From: Amoebidium appalachense
Taxonomy: Eukaryota > Protista > Ichthyosporea
Assembly: GCA_963693365.1 (NCBI GenBank)
Contig: CAVNZM010000002.1
Location: 7,098,454 to 7,162,453 of the forward strand
DNA length: 64,000 bases
Direction: 5' to 3'
The number at the start of each line of letters is the position of its first letter. The first letter of the stretch is position 1. Shown piece after piece: positions 1 to 31,786 of this stretch. The position numbers were made by a program, and so were the translations under genes. The notes beneath the pieces were generated by a model. That model was not told the origin of the DNA and did no database searches. It was given only the letters and a program-made list of their open reading frames with translations.

Positions 1-99
1 ATAGACTATTAGTCCGTGTGGTCTCCTCTGCGCCAATTATAGGCATGCCAACTCCACGGTGCACACTTTATAGATAAACGATCCACGAATGCAATGTCA

Positions 100-138
<39 letters not shown>

Positions 139-980
139 TGCGCTCCCACCTCACACCAAGAAGAAGCCCCCGGGCCTGGTTCTATTGATCTCAGTTTCGT
201 TCTGACAAATCAGCCTCGTAAGGGTAGGCACATTTGTGGCTCACAAAAGTACGCGTGGACATATTTACATACACACCCCGAAACTGTGCAGTCACCTGTC
301 AAGATATACTACTTACTACCGTAATCTATGTTTTGAAGCGAACACCAAGGAAGTTCGGAATCCCAAGCCCAATATTAATTGCAACCTATAGCTAACTAAC
401 GCTCTCTTGTGACTCAAGTGGCAACATAACCAAACCTTGCTATTCATGTATTAGCTCAGCCTAATATATAGATAGTGTGCCGAATATGAGGTACCGGTGT
501 ACATTTAACGGTCGAATCCGAGATCTAGCAATAGTTTAAGACCCAACACCAATCATTGAATACAATATCAACTTAATTATAATCATGGTACATAATCCCG
601 CTGGGCTGCGCCAGGGCAAGCACGTACTCATCCGATCTGTCGTATCTACGGACTTGGATGAACCAAACTTGTGTCGCTGCAGCCTCCGCACTTAGTACCA
701 GTCTTTGGGAATTCGTGTCTCACGTGTGTATACAGTGCAAACAAATCGTGTATGTTAAATTTGTGCGATTAAAATTGTGCACACGGTTAATATTGGGGGG
801 GGGGGGGGGGGGGATGTGTATGTGGTTGAAATTGAACGAATTTTGTCTATGTGGTTGAATTTATGTATGTGGTTGTGTGCTTTGTAACATCTGCCCTAAT
901 GTTAACATCGTTTGCAAGTTTATGTATATATGATATGTGTTTTTTGGGGAACTCCCTGGTTGGTGGCACCTGCCAAACCG

Positions 981-2282
981 TTAGGCAATAATAGGCACGT
1001 CCCTGTTATCCCCGTGCGACGTAGTGCCCCTCTCCATTGTGTTTCTCTCCTGCGCCATTCTCATTCTCCACAAAGACACCTGCTGACTGATGGGCAAATC
1101 TGCATCCCCGCTACCAACGTCCTTAGGAATCTGCAGCGCCGAACCATCCTTCGGTGCAGCAACATGAACTAAGTCTCTCCTTGAAGCTGCCTCATTTCCA
1201 TATTCACCGTTTTGGTTCTGTCTGCGCCGCCTATAGCAGAAAAACCCCACAAGGCCCAAAACAACCACCGCCGCGCCTACAGCAATGCCCGCAATGGCAC
1301 CGACTGGCAGACCCGAGCTACCGTTGTCCGAACACTCCCCCAGGGTGCATTCCTGAGATCTTGTCTCATCACTGCACCTATGTCCCGACGAATCCTTGCA
1401 ATGACGGACAGACGTAGCTGTACCATATCCACACCCGACCGAACAAGCCCCCCAGTCTGCCCATTCCTCACAGACAATACCAGGGCAGGCTCCCGCAGGC
1501 CCACAATCGTTTGAATTGCACATACCCTCGTACGTCCTGTTTGCAGAGGTGCACTCGGGTGTGTCTGGACACGTACGCGTACGTGTGTGGATGCCCCCTC
1601 CGCACGTGACCGAGCACGTGTTCCAGTCACTCCATGCCTCACACGTGCACACACCATCGCAGGTGGGTAGGTCGGGACATCCTTCCATGGATATAGTCGT
1701 GCATGTGGTAGGGGTAGTGGGAGGACACGTACGTGTGCGTGTGTGCGTGCTGCTTCCGCATGTGGCGGAACACGCACTCCACTCTCCCCACGGCCCGCAC
1801 GCAACACATGGGTCGCATGGCGTAAGGATGCAATCTGCCGTGTCGTTGTTTCGCCTGCTGTCGCACGCCGCCCCCGTGACTGAATCTGTACACGTGCGCG
1901 TGCGTGTGTGCGTGCCCGTCCCACAGGTAACCGAGCATGTTCCCCATTCACTCCACTGGCCACAATCACATGTAGGAGCTGTAGGAGTAGCCGTTGTTGT
2001 TGCTGTTACCGTGGCAGTGGGGGTGTTACCGGTGGCAGCGGTGGAAGGGCATTGTGCGGGGGTGCACGGTGTATTTTCAGTGTATTCAGCCTCAGACTGG
2101 CCTGGTTTCACACAGGGACCTGTAGCATTCTTGCACGAGTAGGTTACTGTCTTTTGACAAACGTTGGTCGTATTAGTTGCACAGGGAGTTTCGCTGAGGA
2201 CTGTGCATATGCACTCGCTTTGCGCGTAAACCGCACCTAAGGTCGATAGACCTATGAGAACTACTGCTCGGAGCAGATACAT
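981..2282 (-). CDS. Thrombospondin type-1 repeat, single-pass (type I) membrane adhesion-like protein, intronless, 433 aa
   Basis: First ATG is at 2282 (the track starts 5 codons earlier at a non-ATG codon). Signal peptide MYLLRAVVLIGLSTLGAVYA, Cys-rich N-terminus and Thr-rich linker. Four WxxWxxCSxxCG...R.R.C-type TSP1 repeats (e.g. WSEWGTCSVTCGTGTHTRTRTC; the fourth is degenerate). TM helix LPVGAIAGIAVGAAVVVLGLVGFFCY, RRRR stop-transfer, ~80-aa tail, TAA stop. Confidence 0.92.
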   Translation of the reverse strand: MYLLRAVVLIGLSTLGAVYAQSECICTVLSETPCATNTTNVCQKTVTYSCKNATGPCVKPGQSEAEYTENTPCTPAQCPSTAATGNTPTATVTATTTATPTAPTCDCGQWSEWGTCSVTCGTGTHTRTRTCTDSVTGAACDSRRNNDTADCILTPCDPCVACGPWGEWSACSATCGSSTHTRTRTCPPTTPTTCTTISMEGCPDLPTCDGVCTCEAWSDWNTCSVTCGGGIHTRTRTCPDTPECTSANRTYEGMCNSNDCGPAGACPGIVCEEWADWGACSVGCGYGTATSVRHCKDSSGHRCSDETRSQECTLGECSDNGSSGLPVGAIAGIAVGAAVVVLGLVGFFCYRRRRQNQNGEYGNEAASRRDLVHVAAPKDGSALQIPKDVGSGDADLPISQQVSLWRMRMAQERNTMERGTTSHGDNRDVPIIA

Positions 2283-2381
2283 CTTGAGGCTAGTCACTAG
2301 AAATAAATCAGAACAACTTTAGATACCCTTCTAACTTCAAACAAGAAGTCCCTGGAATGGTGTTACGTGTACGAATTCGAA

Positions 2382-2441
2382 GCAGCCTGCGAACCAAACA
2401 CTCTGTGTTTGGCAACCTGCGAACCAACCACCCTGTGTTTG
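2382..2441. repeat. Two 30-bp tandem direct repeats upstream of the TSP1 gene
   Basis: gcagcctgcgaaccaaacactctgtgtttg / gcaacctgcgaaccaaccaccctgtgtttg; the first copy contains the inverted repeat ccaaacac-tct-gtgtttgg. Confidence 0.8.
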
Positions 2442-3769
2442 GCACTAGCTAATTATGTAGTGGCTTTGAACCAGGTAACACGTGTTTTCGGTTCAACAAA
2501 GTGCACGTGGTTAAGAAGAAACTGGGGATTATATGACTAGATGATGGCCCCATATGTGTATACTTATACGTCGTGCAGTGTGGAAAGTGGCCAATATCTC
2601 GAAAAGCCACAGAAATGAGTGTATATTAACTAAAGGAATATGTAGGGCACCTACGCACGATAGACAACGAAATGCACAAAGCGGCATTCAGATAGCACCT
2701 TTTGTGACTGAGCTGGAGCGGAGCGCTACGGACTTCCCCAAGTGACACTAATGCATAACTAGCATAATACTTTTGAAATTTCTCTGAGATATCTAACAAA
2801 GAAAAAGTGTCTGCCCCTCGTCCAAGGAGGGCGAAGTATTGATTGTGTGCTATCGGACGATCCACAGCGCAATTAGTGCTACATAATGGCATATGGAAAG
2901 ATTTCACCAATAAGGCAAAACAAAAAAGCTATTCAGGTTACCCTACTTAGAAATGGTAGTTATGGTAGGTCTATCAAGAAAACTCCCAAGTTTTGGGAGT
3001 TCAGAACCAGCAGATCGAAAATTATGGATAACTCGGCAGTTTGCGATACCCCAACATCTGTTCCATGTGTGCGTGATTGACCAATCGAAATCCAAAGTCT
3101 TTTGTTTGTTCGCTGTCGTCCAATCACATTGGAGATTATTTCAGGATTCGAAATTTCGGTGACCTGGCTGACTGGCCATCCTAAAGTTAATGTACCTTCA
3201 GAAAGTCCAACACTGTACACGCAAGTATAAGGTGCATCCAAACAATAAAAATAAATAATAATCTACTGTATGCACCTATATTTTTAGTTGGCCCACGGAA
3301 ACCTTGGTTGACGTTTGCACCACTCAGATCCCGAAAGCCTTCCAGATCAGCTCCATGACTTCAGGCTAACCAGTAAGGTGGTTATGCCAGTAGATAAGTA
3401 TACTACTAAGTCGTATCAGAATCACACATTACTAATACAAAATGCTGCATCAAAGGCATTTACTATGAAAGATATAATTAAAGCTATACTTATAGAATCT
3501 CGGCGTTTGAGCTCAACATATTCTTATCTTGGCGTCTGGCATATCTCATCGAAATCGACCTGGTGCACAAGGAGCCAATCAGAGCAAGCAATCTGAGCAG
3601 ATTTTTGCCGTCTTCAAGATCTTCGTTCAAGGTGAATTCTTATCCAATCGTCTCCCTCCCCCCCCCCCCCCCCCCCCCCCCTCCCCCTCCTCCCCTCCCC
3701 CCCCCCCCCCCCCCCCCCCCCCTTCTCCAAATCAAACACACATACGCACACCACCACCTCCTCCACCAC

Positions 3770-18215
<14,446 letters not shown>

Positions 18216-19428
18216 CCAAAGACACAGTTGCAAAAAAAGCATATCACTATGCACGCAACCTGAGGGTTTGCTTGAGCCCACCGCTTTTATAGGTTTTTTT
18301 TTGGTTGGTTTGCTGTCTGTGCCGCGACTATTTTATATTTCGGCGAACACGTTCACCATTTTCACACGCAAGTCGAGGTCGCCTGCCTGGTCGCGACTCG
18401 CGATGAAGACTCACTAGTCACTACTTGGGTTGGAGGATATAAAAAGATGACTTCCATTGGGTGATAGTCACGTTGGCGGGAAATCGGACCCAAAAAAGGC
18501 ATCCACTCGCCGATGCGAACCCTCGAGTCGAGGCTTATGATTTTTGCTTTGGCAACCCCTACCAAATACTGAGGCGGTGTCTCCTTTCTTTTTTTTTTTT
18601 TTTTTTTTTTTTTTTTGCCTTAAAAGGGCCGCCTGATTAGATGTTAAAACGTCGCACGTGCGGCAACACGTCAGTACGTGTTAGGTAGAAATAATATTCA
18701 TGCATGCAGGCAGCGCTGCAGCCTTTCAGGCTGGCTGCCAAACTTGGAATCAAGAGCAACTTGCAAATTTGGCAGGACCCGGGGGGGTTTACACACTATT
18801 TCCAAGCCTTGTTGAAATGGCGAACCTGTTATGGTTAGCTACCTTCCAAATACGGTGCGTAAAGAAGCTCCGAATTTTGATTGGGGAATATCCATTTGCT
18901 TACATTCCTGAATTCTGACGCGCGACTTGTTTGTTTTGAAACTTTTGACTGTGTGTGCCAGGCTGACAGCGGTGCTGGGCAAATTTGAACAGGAAAAAGG
19001 GAAACTGCTTGCCTGATTCTGACAGGTGGGGTGGTAGAACTGTGTGTTATCCACACAGTAAGCTCAAGGCGTGAGTTAAGTTGCGGTAAAGTTGTACAAC
19101 ACGTTTGCCCAGGAAAACACACACGCACACTGAGCTTACTTACTCAAACACAACACACGCGCACTCGTTCACCACACATACACGCACAGATCCAGGCTTT
19201 CACTCATACAGACATGAAAGAAAAACAGGCGAGTAAAAGACTTGCCAACCACGCTTTTTTGTTTGTTGTACATCAAAACGGCTAAAGGAAGTTTTGACGA
19301 ATCATTGAGGTCATTGATTGCATGAGACGAGTAAGTGTACTAAAAGGACACCAACACGTTAGCTTCTAGGGTCAACCAAGTTCACGTGTGCACAAAGACA
19401 GAACAACCCCCGCATTTTCTAGAACAAA

Positions 19429-20374
19429 ATGGAGCGTGTGTCGCTGGAGACGCAAAACAAAGAGAAACCAACACGTAGGAAAAAAACACAAGGCCCAGGC
19501 AAAGACATACATCAGAATGTGATGAGCGCATTCCCTTTTCCAATTCCGGCACATGTGCACCCTCGACCCTCATTCCTCACTGCGCCAAGAGCACGGATCC
19601 CTATCTTCCCCAGGCTCCATTCCGCGTTTTTCAACCAACCATACTGCCCATACAGTTACATAAACTCAAACACAAGCACCGCAGAGAAAATCGCTGTTTC
19701 TCACGATCCCATGACCAATTTGCCCCTCTCTCACTTCCCACCTCAACCGACAACCGCAATTAGCATGACAAACCCCAATTTACATTATGTTCCATCAAGC
19801 ACGCAAGATCCCTCCGTGCGTGAGCCCATGGCAGGAACATCGGCACCACCACCGCACACAGACGCGCTTACACCTCCATCCTTCACATCTACCGACCAAT
19901 CACAGACTTTGGGCGTGCCATCGTTGGACGGAAAGCCACCGTCCTCAGCAAACATCGCATCTGTTGGTATCACACCGGTACCCGCGGCCACCAAGCGCCG
20001 GCTGCAACGTAAGAGCAGGGAAAATGCGCAGAAAGAGACAGTGCCGCTCACACCAATCTCTCGCTCGTCCAAATGCACATCTGCGGCCGCCAAACATCAA
20101 CAGAGAGCAGGAGGACAGGGAGGAGGAAACACACCGAGTAGTACAGGGCCAGCCGAAATCTTGTCGCGCTCTGACACTCCCACACCCGTACCCACCGAGC
20201 ATATGAGTGTGGGTGAAGAACACACACACACACACACGCAGCAAGGGTTGGAGTTGCCGGACGTGTCTGCCATGGTCAGCCACAAGGACCACGTGGAGGA
20301 TGTGGTGGTGCGCATGTTGCAGTGTGTGGACTCGAAGATCACCCCTGCATACAAAGACCTGGTCATGAAGATGG
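19429..20374 (+). CDS. Putative first exon(s) of an uncharacterised gene; Pro/Ser/Thr-rich disordered region, basic NLS-like patches, helical C-terminal segment
   Basis: 323-codon ATG ORF in mostly non-repetitive sequence; KPTRRKK and KRRLQRK patches; plausible phase-1 donor ATG G|gtgcgt at 20374. Divergent from the minus-strand orphan gene. No family recognised. Confidence 0.5.
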
Positions 20375-21367
20375 GTGCGTGGTGTTGGGACATGGGATGA
20401 TTTCTTGTGAGGGGAGGGCGGCAAGGAGAGGGGAAAGGGGGGGGGAGGGGGGGGGGGGGGGGGGCTTTTGCCGATGGTGATGGTCAGTGAATGATGGCTT
20501 TTCTACTAGCTAAAGATATGATAATCCCCCTCCCCCTTCCCCCCCCCCCCCCTCCTCCCCCCGCCTGGGGCTGCGCAACTTGTGTAACATGTAAGAAAAT
20601 GTGTAATATGTAAGAAAATCCCCGGGGGGGGGGGGGGGGGGGGGGGGGAGAAGAAATTTCATGGCCCAATGCTGCCAATGTTCTTGTGCCAAAAGATCAC
20701 ATTCAACGGCATATGCCATGATATTACTCAGTGGTCGTAGTCAAATTAGTACTCCCGGCCCTAGAGATTAGTGAAGTGGATGTAGCCTCAGTGGCACCGC
20801 CCTAATGAAAGCCCTAATGTGATTAGCCTAGCAGGTTGCACTTTTGGCACCTTACCTAGAGTACAGTCGGTGGCCCACCCCCTCCCTTGTAAGCCTTCTT
20901 CCGACTCCCCCCTGCCCCCCTCCCTTCCCCACTTCCCCCCCGACTCCCCCCCCTTTTTTCCAAAAAAAAAAAAGAAGAAGTGTGTGTAGAGAGACCAGAG
21001 ATGCCACCTTCTCACTTATCGCGCTAAACGGGTTCAAACTTTTTACCTTCCCCTTTTTATGTCTTGATTTTTCCCGTTTTCTTACGATTTTGCTCCTGTC
21101 TCTTCCGACACATTATTGCTGTGCCTTATTGCAGCCCCAGTGGGGAAACCCTATCTGCTCTTTCTCTCTCTCTCTCTCTTTTCCCTCCCCCCCCCCCCCT
21201 CTCTCTCTCTCTCTCCACCCCCCCCCCCTCTCTCTCTCCCCCCCCCTCCCTCCCCCCCCCCCCCAAACACCCCCTTCCCTCTCTTCCCCCCCCTCCCCCC
21301 TCCCCCCCCCCCCCCCAAACACCCCCTTCGCTCTCTTCCCCCCCTCCCCCCACACTCACACACACAC

Positions 21368-21410
<43 letters not shown>

Positions 21411-21572
21411 GTCTCTCCTCTCCCCCCCCTCCCCCTCCCCCACCACCACCACCACCATCACCCACTTCTCTCTCTTCCCCTCTCCCCCCCCCCCCTCCCT
21501 CCCCTCACCCCCCCCCCCCCCTCCCTACCCACCCACCCACCCAAAATCTCATACTTATGTGCATTATTGCAG

Positions 21573-27666
<6,094 letters not shown>

Positions 27667-27768
27667 GTATGTGTATAGTATTGGCTGAAAGGGAAGGTAT
27701 AGGGTGTGTTTGTCGATACTTAGTTCCCTTGAGTTCAAACATTTTGCTGAGTATCACGATTAGTGCAG

Positions 27769-28692
27769 AGAGATTCGAAGCACTGAGAATAGACGCTGAA
27801 GAAATTCTAAAGAAGGAAACATATAGAAGGGTCATGTGATGGCTGGATTCATGAGGAAAGATGGCATTCAAAATGGGTCTCCCCTCTTCACGTCTACGGA
27901 GCCAAATACTGTCAAATTTGTCTCTGACATCAAGCATCCCCCCTCCCCCCCCCCCCCCCCCCCCAAACATAGGGGGGGGGGGGAAGGAAGAAGCTTCCTT
28001 GTGCTATTGGTTGTTTTGCGAATTTATTGGTGCTGTACTACTCCTTTCTTGGATTGAAGAAGTGTGTGCTGTAATAGATATGCAGATTTGCGTGCGAACA
28101 TTTATTCACAAGACTCGCTGTAAGGGCCAAAAATACACATGACATAACCATGTCATATTCCTGTTTGATACTCTTGTGGATTCCGCTTTGAAATACCTTC
28201 CAAGTTTTATTTTTATTTTTATTTTTATTTTTATTTATTTTTTGCACACAGTGATTGTGGAGATTGGTCTCATGCGCAACGACTCCAAGCTGATTTGGGA
28301 AGCACTCCGCAAGAGCTTCCCCATAGACCTCGAAAGACACCATAGATATCAATCAGACCACGAAATTTCTTGGCGCACCAAAACGATCCGGCAGAGATAT
28401 TGATGCAATGATCGGCATAGCGAAAACGGTGTTTTTGCTGATGACTTTACCGGTAAACATACAAACACGGAGAAAGTTGCAAGGAGACAAAGAGAGAACT
28501 TGGACCAACCCAAGGGTGCATTATATGAAAAGGCGCTTACTTTAGGTGTTTCGGAGAAGGTTTTCCGAAAATTGTTCAATGAAACCATGCAGGCTAGACC
28601 GGAATTTCTTGTCCAGGCTAGGAAGATTGGGTTGGCATGGGTGTGGAAGACAACCAGACCGGATTCGTTGAGGGGATTACTCGAACAAAGGG
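27769..28692 (+). pseudogene. Decayed coding exons of an uncharacterised helical protein with in-frame TGA codons
   Basis: After the acceptor at 27768: ERFEALRIDAEEILKKETYRRVM*WLDS*GKMAF. After the acceptor at 28251: VIVEIGLMRND..IRQRY*CNDRH..LLEQR. Track ORFs 28176-28403 and 28500-28844 share a frame and are separated by a single TGA at 28401-03. Confidence 0.45.
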
Positions 28693-29091
28693 TTATCATT
28701 GGTGGGTGGCTCCCCTCCCCCTCTCCCCCCCCCCCCCCTCCCCCGCCCCGCCCCTCCACCCCAGCCCTCCCCCCTCCCCCCCCCCCCCCCCCCCGCCCTC
28801 TCTCTCTCTCTCTCTCTCCCCCCCCCCCCCCCCCTTCCTCGTGAGCAGAAACACACACACTCCCTTCACCGCACACACATGCACACGGCATGCAAATATT
28901 TACACACACACAACACGCTTCACCGTGGCTTAATGCAAACAGTTGGTGTTTGTGCTCTTAACGGCCAATCAACCCTCCCTCCGCCTTCCCCCCCCCCCCC
29001 CCCCCCCACCCCCCTCTCCACCCAACACACACACACACACACATACACACACACGCACGCACGCAGGCCCGCACGCGCACACGCACGCACG

Positions 29092-29150
<59 letters not shown>

Positions 29151-29271
29151 TCTCTTTCCCTATCCCTTCGCCAACCTTTCTCTCTTGCTCTTCTCCCTCC
29201 CTCACGCTGCCTTCTCCTCCTCTCCTTTTTAGACCCCAATTTTGCGGCTTATGTCCTTCGGTAGTGCGATA

Positions 29272-29506
29272 CCGTCGCGAATAAGAACCCTCCAAAATGT
29301 GGCCGGGGGGCGGAATCTTAATTATTTTGGAGGGTCGGGGTCAAAAACTTAATGGCGGGGGAGCATCCAGTATGATTTACTCATCCGTCCGCCAAGAAGA
29401 TCACCCCGAAAACCTGCCGGGGGGCAGAATCTAAATAAAAAAAATAAAAAAAAACAATTTTGCCGGCGGCGAAATCTTATTGGCGGGGGTTCTTATTCGC
29501 GGACGG
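29272..29506. mobile_element. Tc1/mariner(pogo)-like MITE, 235 bp
   Basis: TA on both sides. TIRs ccgtc-gcgaataagaaccc vs reverse complement ccgtccgcgaataagaaccc. Internal repeated ggcggaatctta / tggcggggg motifs. Confidence 0.85.
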
Positions 29507-30714
29507 TATCTGTAGTGCGAGTACGGTAGGTGGTACTATACATGTTTTCTCACGAGAGGAGAGAAGTAGGAGGGAGGGAGGTTGTGGTGGCAGGGAGGGG
29601 GGGGGGGGGGGGGTGGGTGGGAAGGGGTAAGGGGGGGAGGGGGGGGGGGGGGGGGGGGGGGGGTTTCAGCTTTCAGAGCCCTGAAACGACATGCCGTATA
29701 TGACTTTGCAGCTAATGGCGCACGTTTTTTTTTTGTTTTTTTTTTTTGGTTTTTTTTGCCCCGTTCGTTTCAGACTGCGAATTGCTGGGGCACTCGGCAT
29801 GCAGCGGCTGCAACCCAGACAGCTGCACAAAATGTCGCGATGGATATCTCTTGACGGGGGGCAGATGTGAGGCAGCAGGTGGGTAAAAATGGATATACTT
29901 TAGATATTCAGTTGATATGCACAGCGCAAATTGCATGTGGAATTTTATGTTTGGGGCATAACAGGACAATAAGCGAAAATAGATACAGAAAAGTACCGGG
30001 TTTCTTCAGCTTGAATCTCGGGCTCTCTAATGATCCCATGTTGACATACATACCATAAGGAACTAAGAGGGGAAGGGGGGGGGGGGGGGGGGGGGGGGGG
30101 GCATATAAGATTCGGGACTCTGGTTGCAGATTCTTATATTCAGATTCCCACATTCAATGCACGAAGTACAGCAAGCTTATGCTCCTTTTGGTTAATTGGA
30201 CGATTTTGCAGTGAATGAAACCCCACATGAAACCTGACACGACCAGAATCAATCGTAAGAATAGAAAGTATGAGAGGAAGAATCAAGGGGGACATATCTA
30301 GCAAGACAATAGGGAATCGAAGGCCATGCAAGGTGGGAGATACCCTAAAGTAGACAATATGAAGTTTTCAATATGCACGCGAAAATACGATATGTTGGAA
30401 TTAAAACCCCCTTAATATGTATATGACCACTATGTAGGCTATTAACAGCATGATTTTATTGGCTACAGGCAAGCAAGTTATGCTGCAAAGCAGCGCCATC
30501 CATCTGACCAACAACGTCGACGACTCTTCAATCACCACTCCCCTGCTGTTTGGTGGCCTCAAGATGACGTAAGTGCTCGGTGTGGTCCTAGTTCATGTAA
30601 ATAGTACATTGAAACAACCCCTCCTCCCTCTTCCTCCCCCCCCCCCCCCCCCCCCCCACCCCACACACACACACCCACCCACACATACCCACCCTTCCCC
30701 TTCCCCTGAACACA

Positions 30715-30763
<49 letters not shown>

Positions 30764-30903
30764 TCACACACACACTGCATGCCACACTTTCGGGCACCAC
30801 ACACACACACCTGGCACCATTACACAGGTGATTTTACCATGAACAAAATCAGCTAGGCCCGGGAGAGACCTCTTGTAACGAGATCTATAGGGTGCCCTCG
30901 CGG

Positions 30904-30939
<36 letters not shown>

Positions 30940-30941
<2 letters not shown>

Positions 30942-30968
30942 GCTCGAGAGCGAGAGGGAGAGCGAGAG

Positions 30969-31038
<70 letters not shown>

Positions 31039-31082
31039 ATGGAGGGAGGGGGGGAGAGCTCGAGAGAGAGAGAGAGAGAGCT

Positions 31083-31134
<52 letters not shown>

Positions 31135-31214
31135 CGAGAGAGAGAGAGAGAGAGCTCGAGAGAGAGAGAGCGGAGAGAAGGAGAGAGGGAGAATGGAGGG
31201 AGGGGGGCAGAGCT

Positions 31215-31252
<38 letters not shown>

Positions 31253-31364
31253 GAGAGAGAGAGAGGGAGAATGGAGGGAGGGGGGGAGAGCTCGAGAGAG
31301 AGAGAGAGAGAGAGAGAGCGGAGAGGGAGAATGGAGGGAGGGGGAGGGGGGGGGGGGGGGGGGG

Positions 31365-31396
<32 letters not shown>
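30940..31396. repeat. Compound (GA)n satellite with gagctcgaga interruptions and four gagggagaatggagggagggg units
   Basis: Direct reading of the sequence. Confidence 0.9.
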
Positions 31397-31398
<2 letters not shown>

Positions 31399-31663
31399 TG
31401 GTAACGAAAGGGTGCCCCGGCCGGGGGGGGAGGGAGGGAATTATGGGCCCTGGGAGGGGTAGGGCCAGAAACCCATGGTGCGCAAGAGACCTATGAGTGG
31501 TGCGCAAGAGACGGATGTCCATGATTCAGTGGCAGTGAAAACAGCGAATCCGGATGTATACATAATTCCCGGAATTGACTTAGGTCTACGTCAATCATAA
31601 TAAATAAAACAGCACATCCTAGTCCATTTGCCATTATTCTTTGCAGTATATTAATTCTTTGCA

Positions 31664-31772
31664 GTGTGCTATAGGCCTACAGTACGATCTGTGTCTAGGC
31701 GGAAGACCTGAGGCAGTGCCTCGCTGGGAGTGAAACGGGATAAAATAAAAAATAAAATAAATAAAATAAAAA
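31664..31772 (+). mobile_element. Very short retroposed insert (SINE or 5'-truncated LINE 3' end) with (TAAAA)n tail
   Basis: 14-bp direct repeat attaattctttgca at 31650-63 and 31773-86 flanks ~77 bp of unique sequence plus an A-rich tail, the usual target-primed reverse transcription signature. Confidence 0.7.
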
Positions 31773-31786
31773 ATTAATTCTTTGCA

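Noticed and set aside
981-1230. Calling the TSP1 protein a TRAP/MIC2 ortholog
   Set aside because: No vWA domain, and the tail lacks the acidic C-terminus with a subterminal Trp.
1154-2240. Overlapping and antisense ORFs over the TSP1 gene (also over the CNT, trypsin, LINE and mucin exons)
   Set aside because: Shadow frames of real GC-rich coding sequence with no independent motifs.
31700-31740. Hammerhead ribozyme in the small retroposon (ctgagg...gaaac)
   Set aside because: The core reads CTGAGGC rather than CUGANGA, and I could not build stems I-III.
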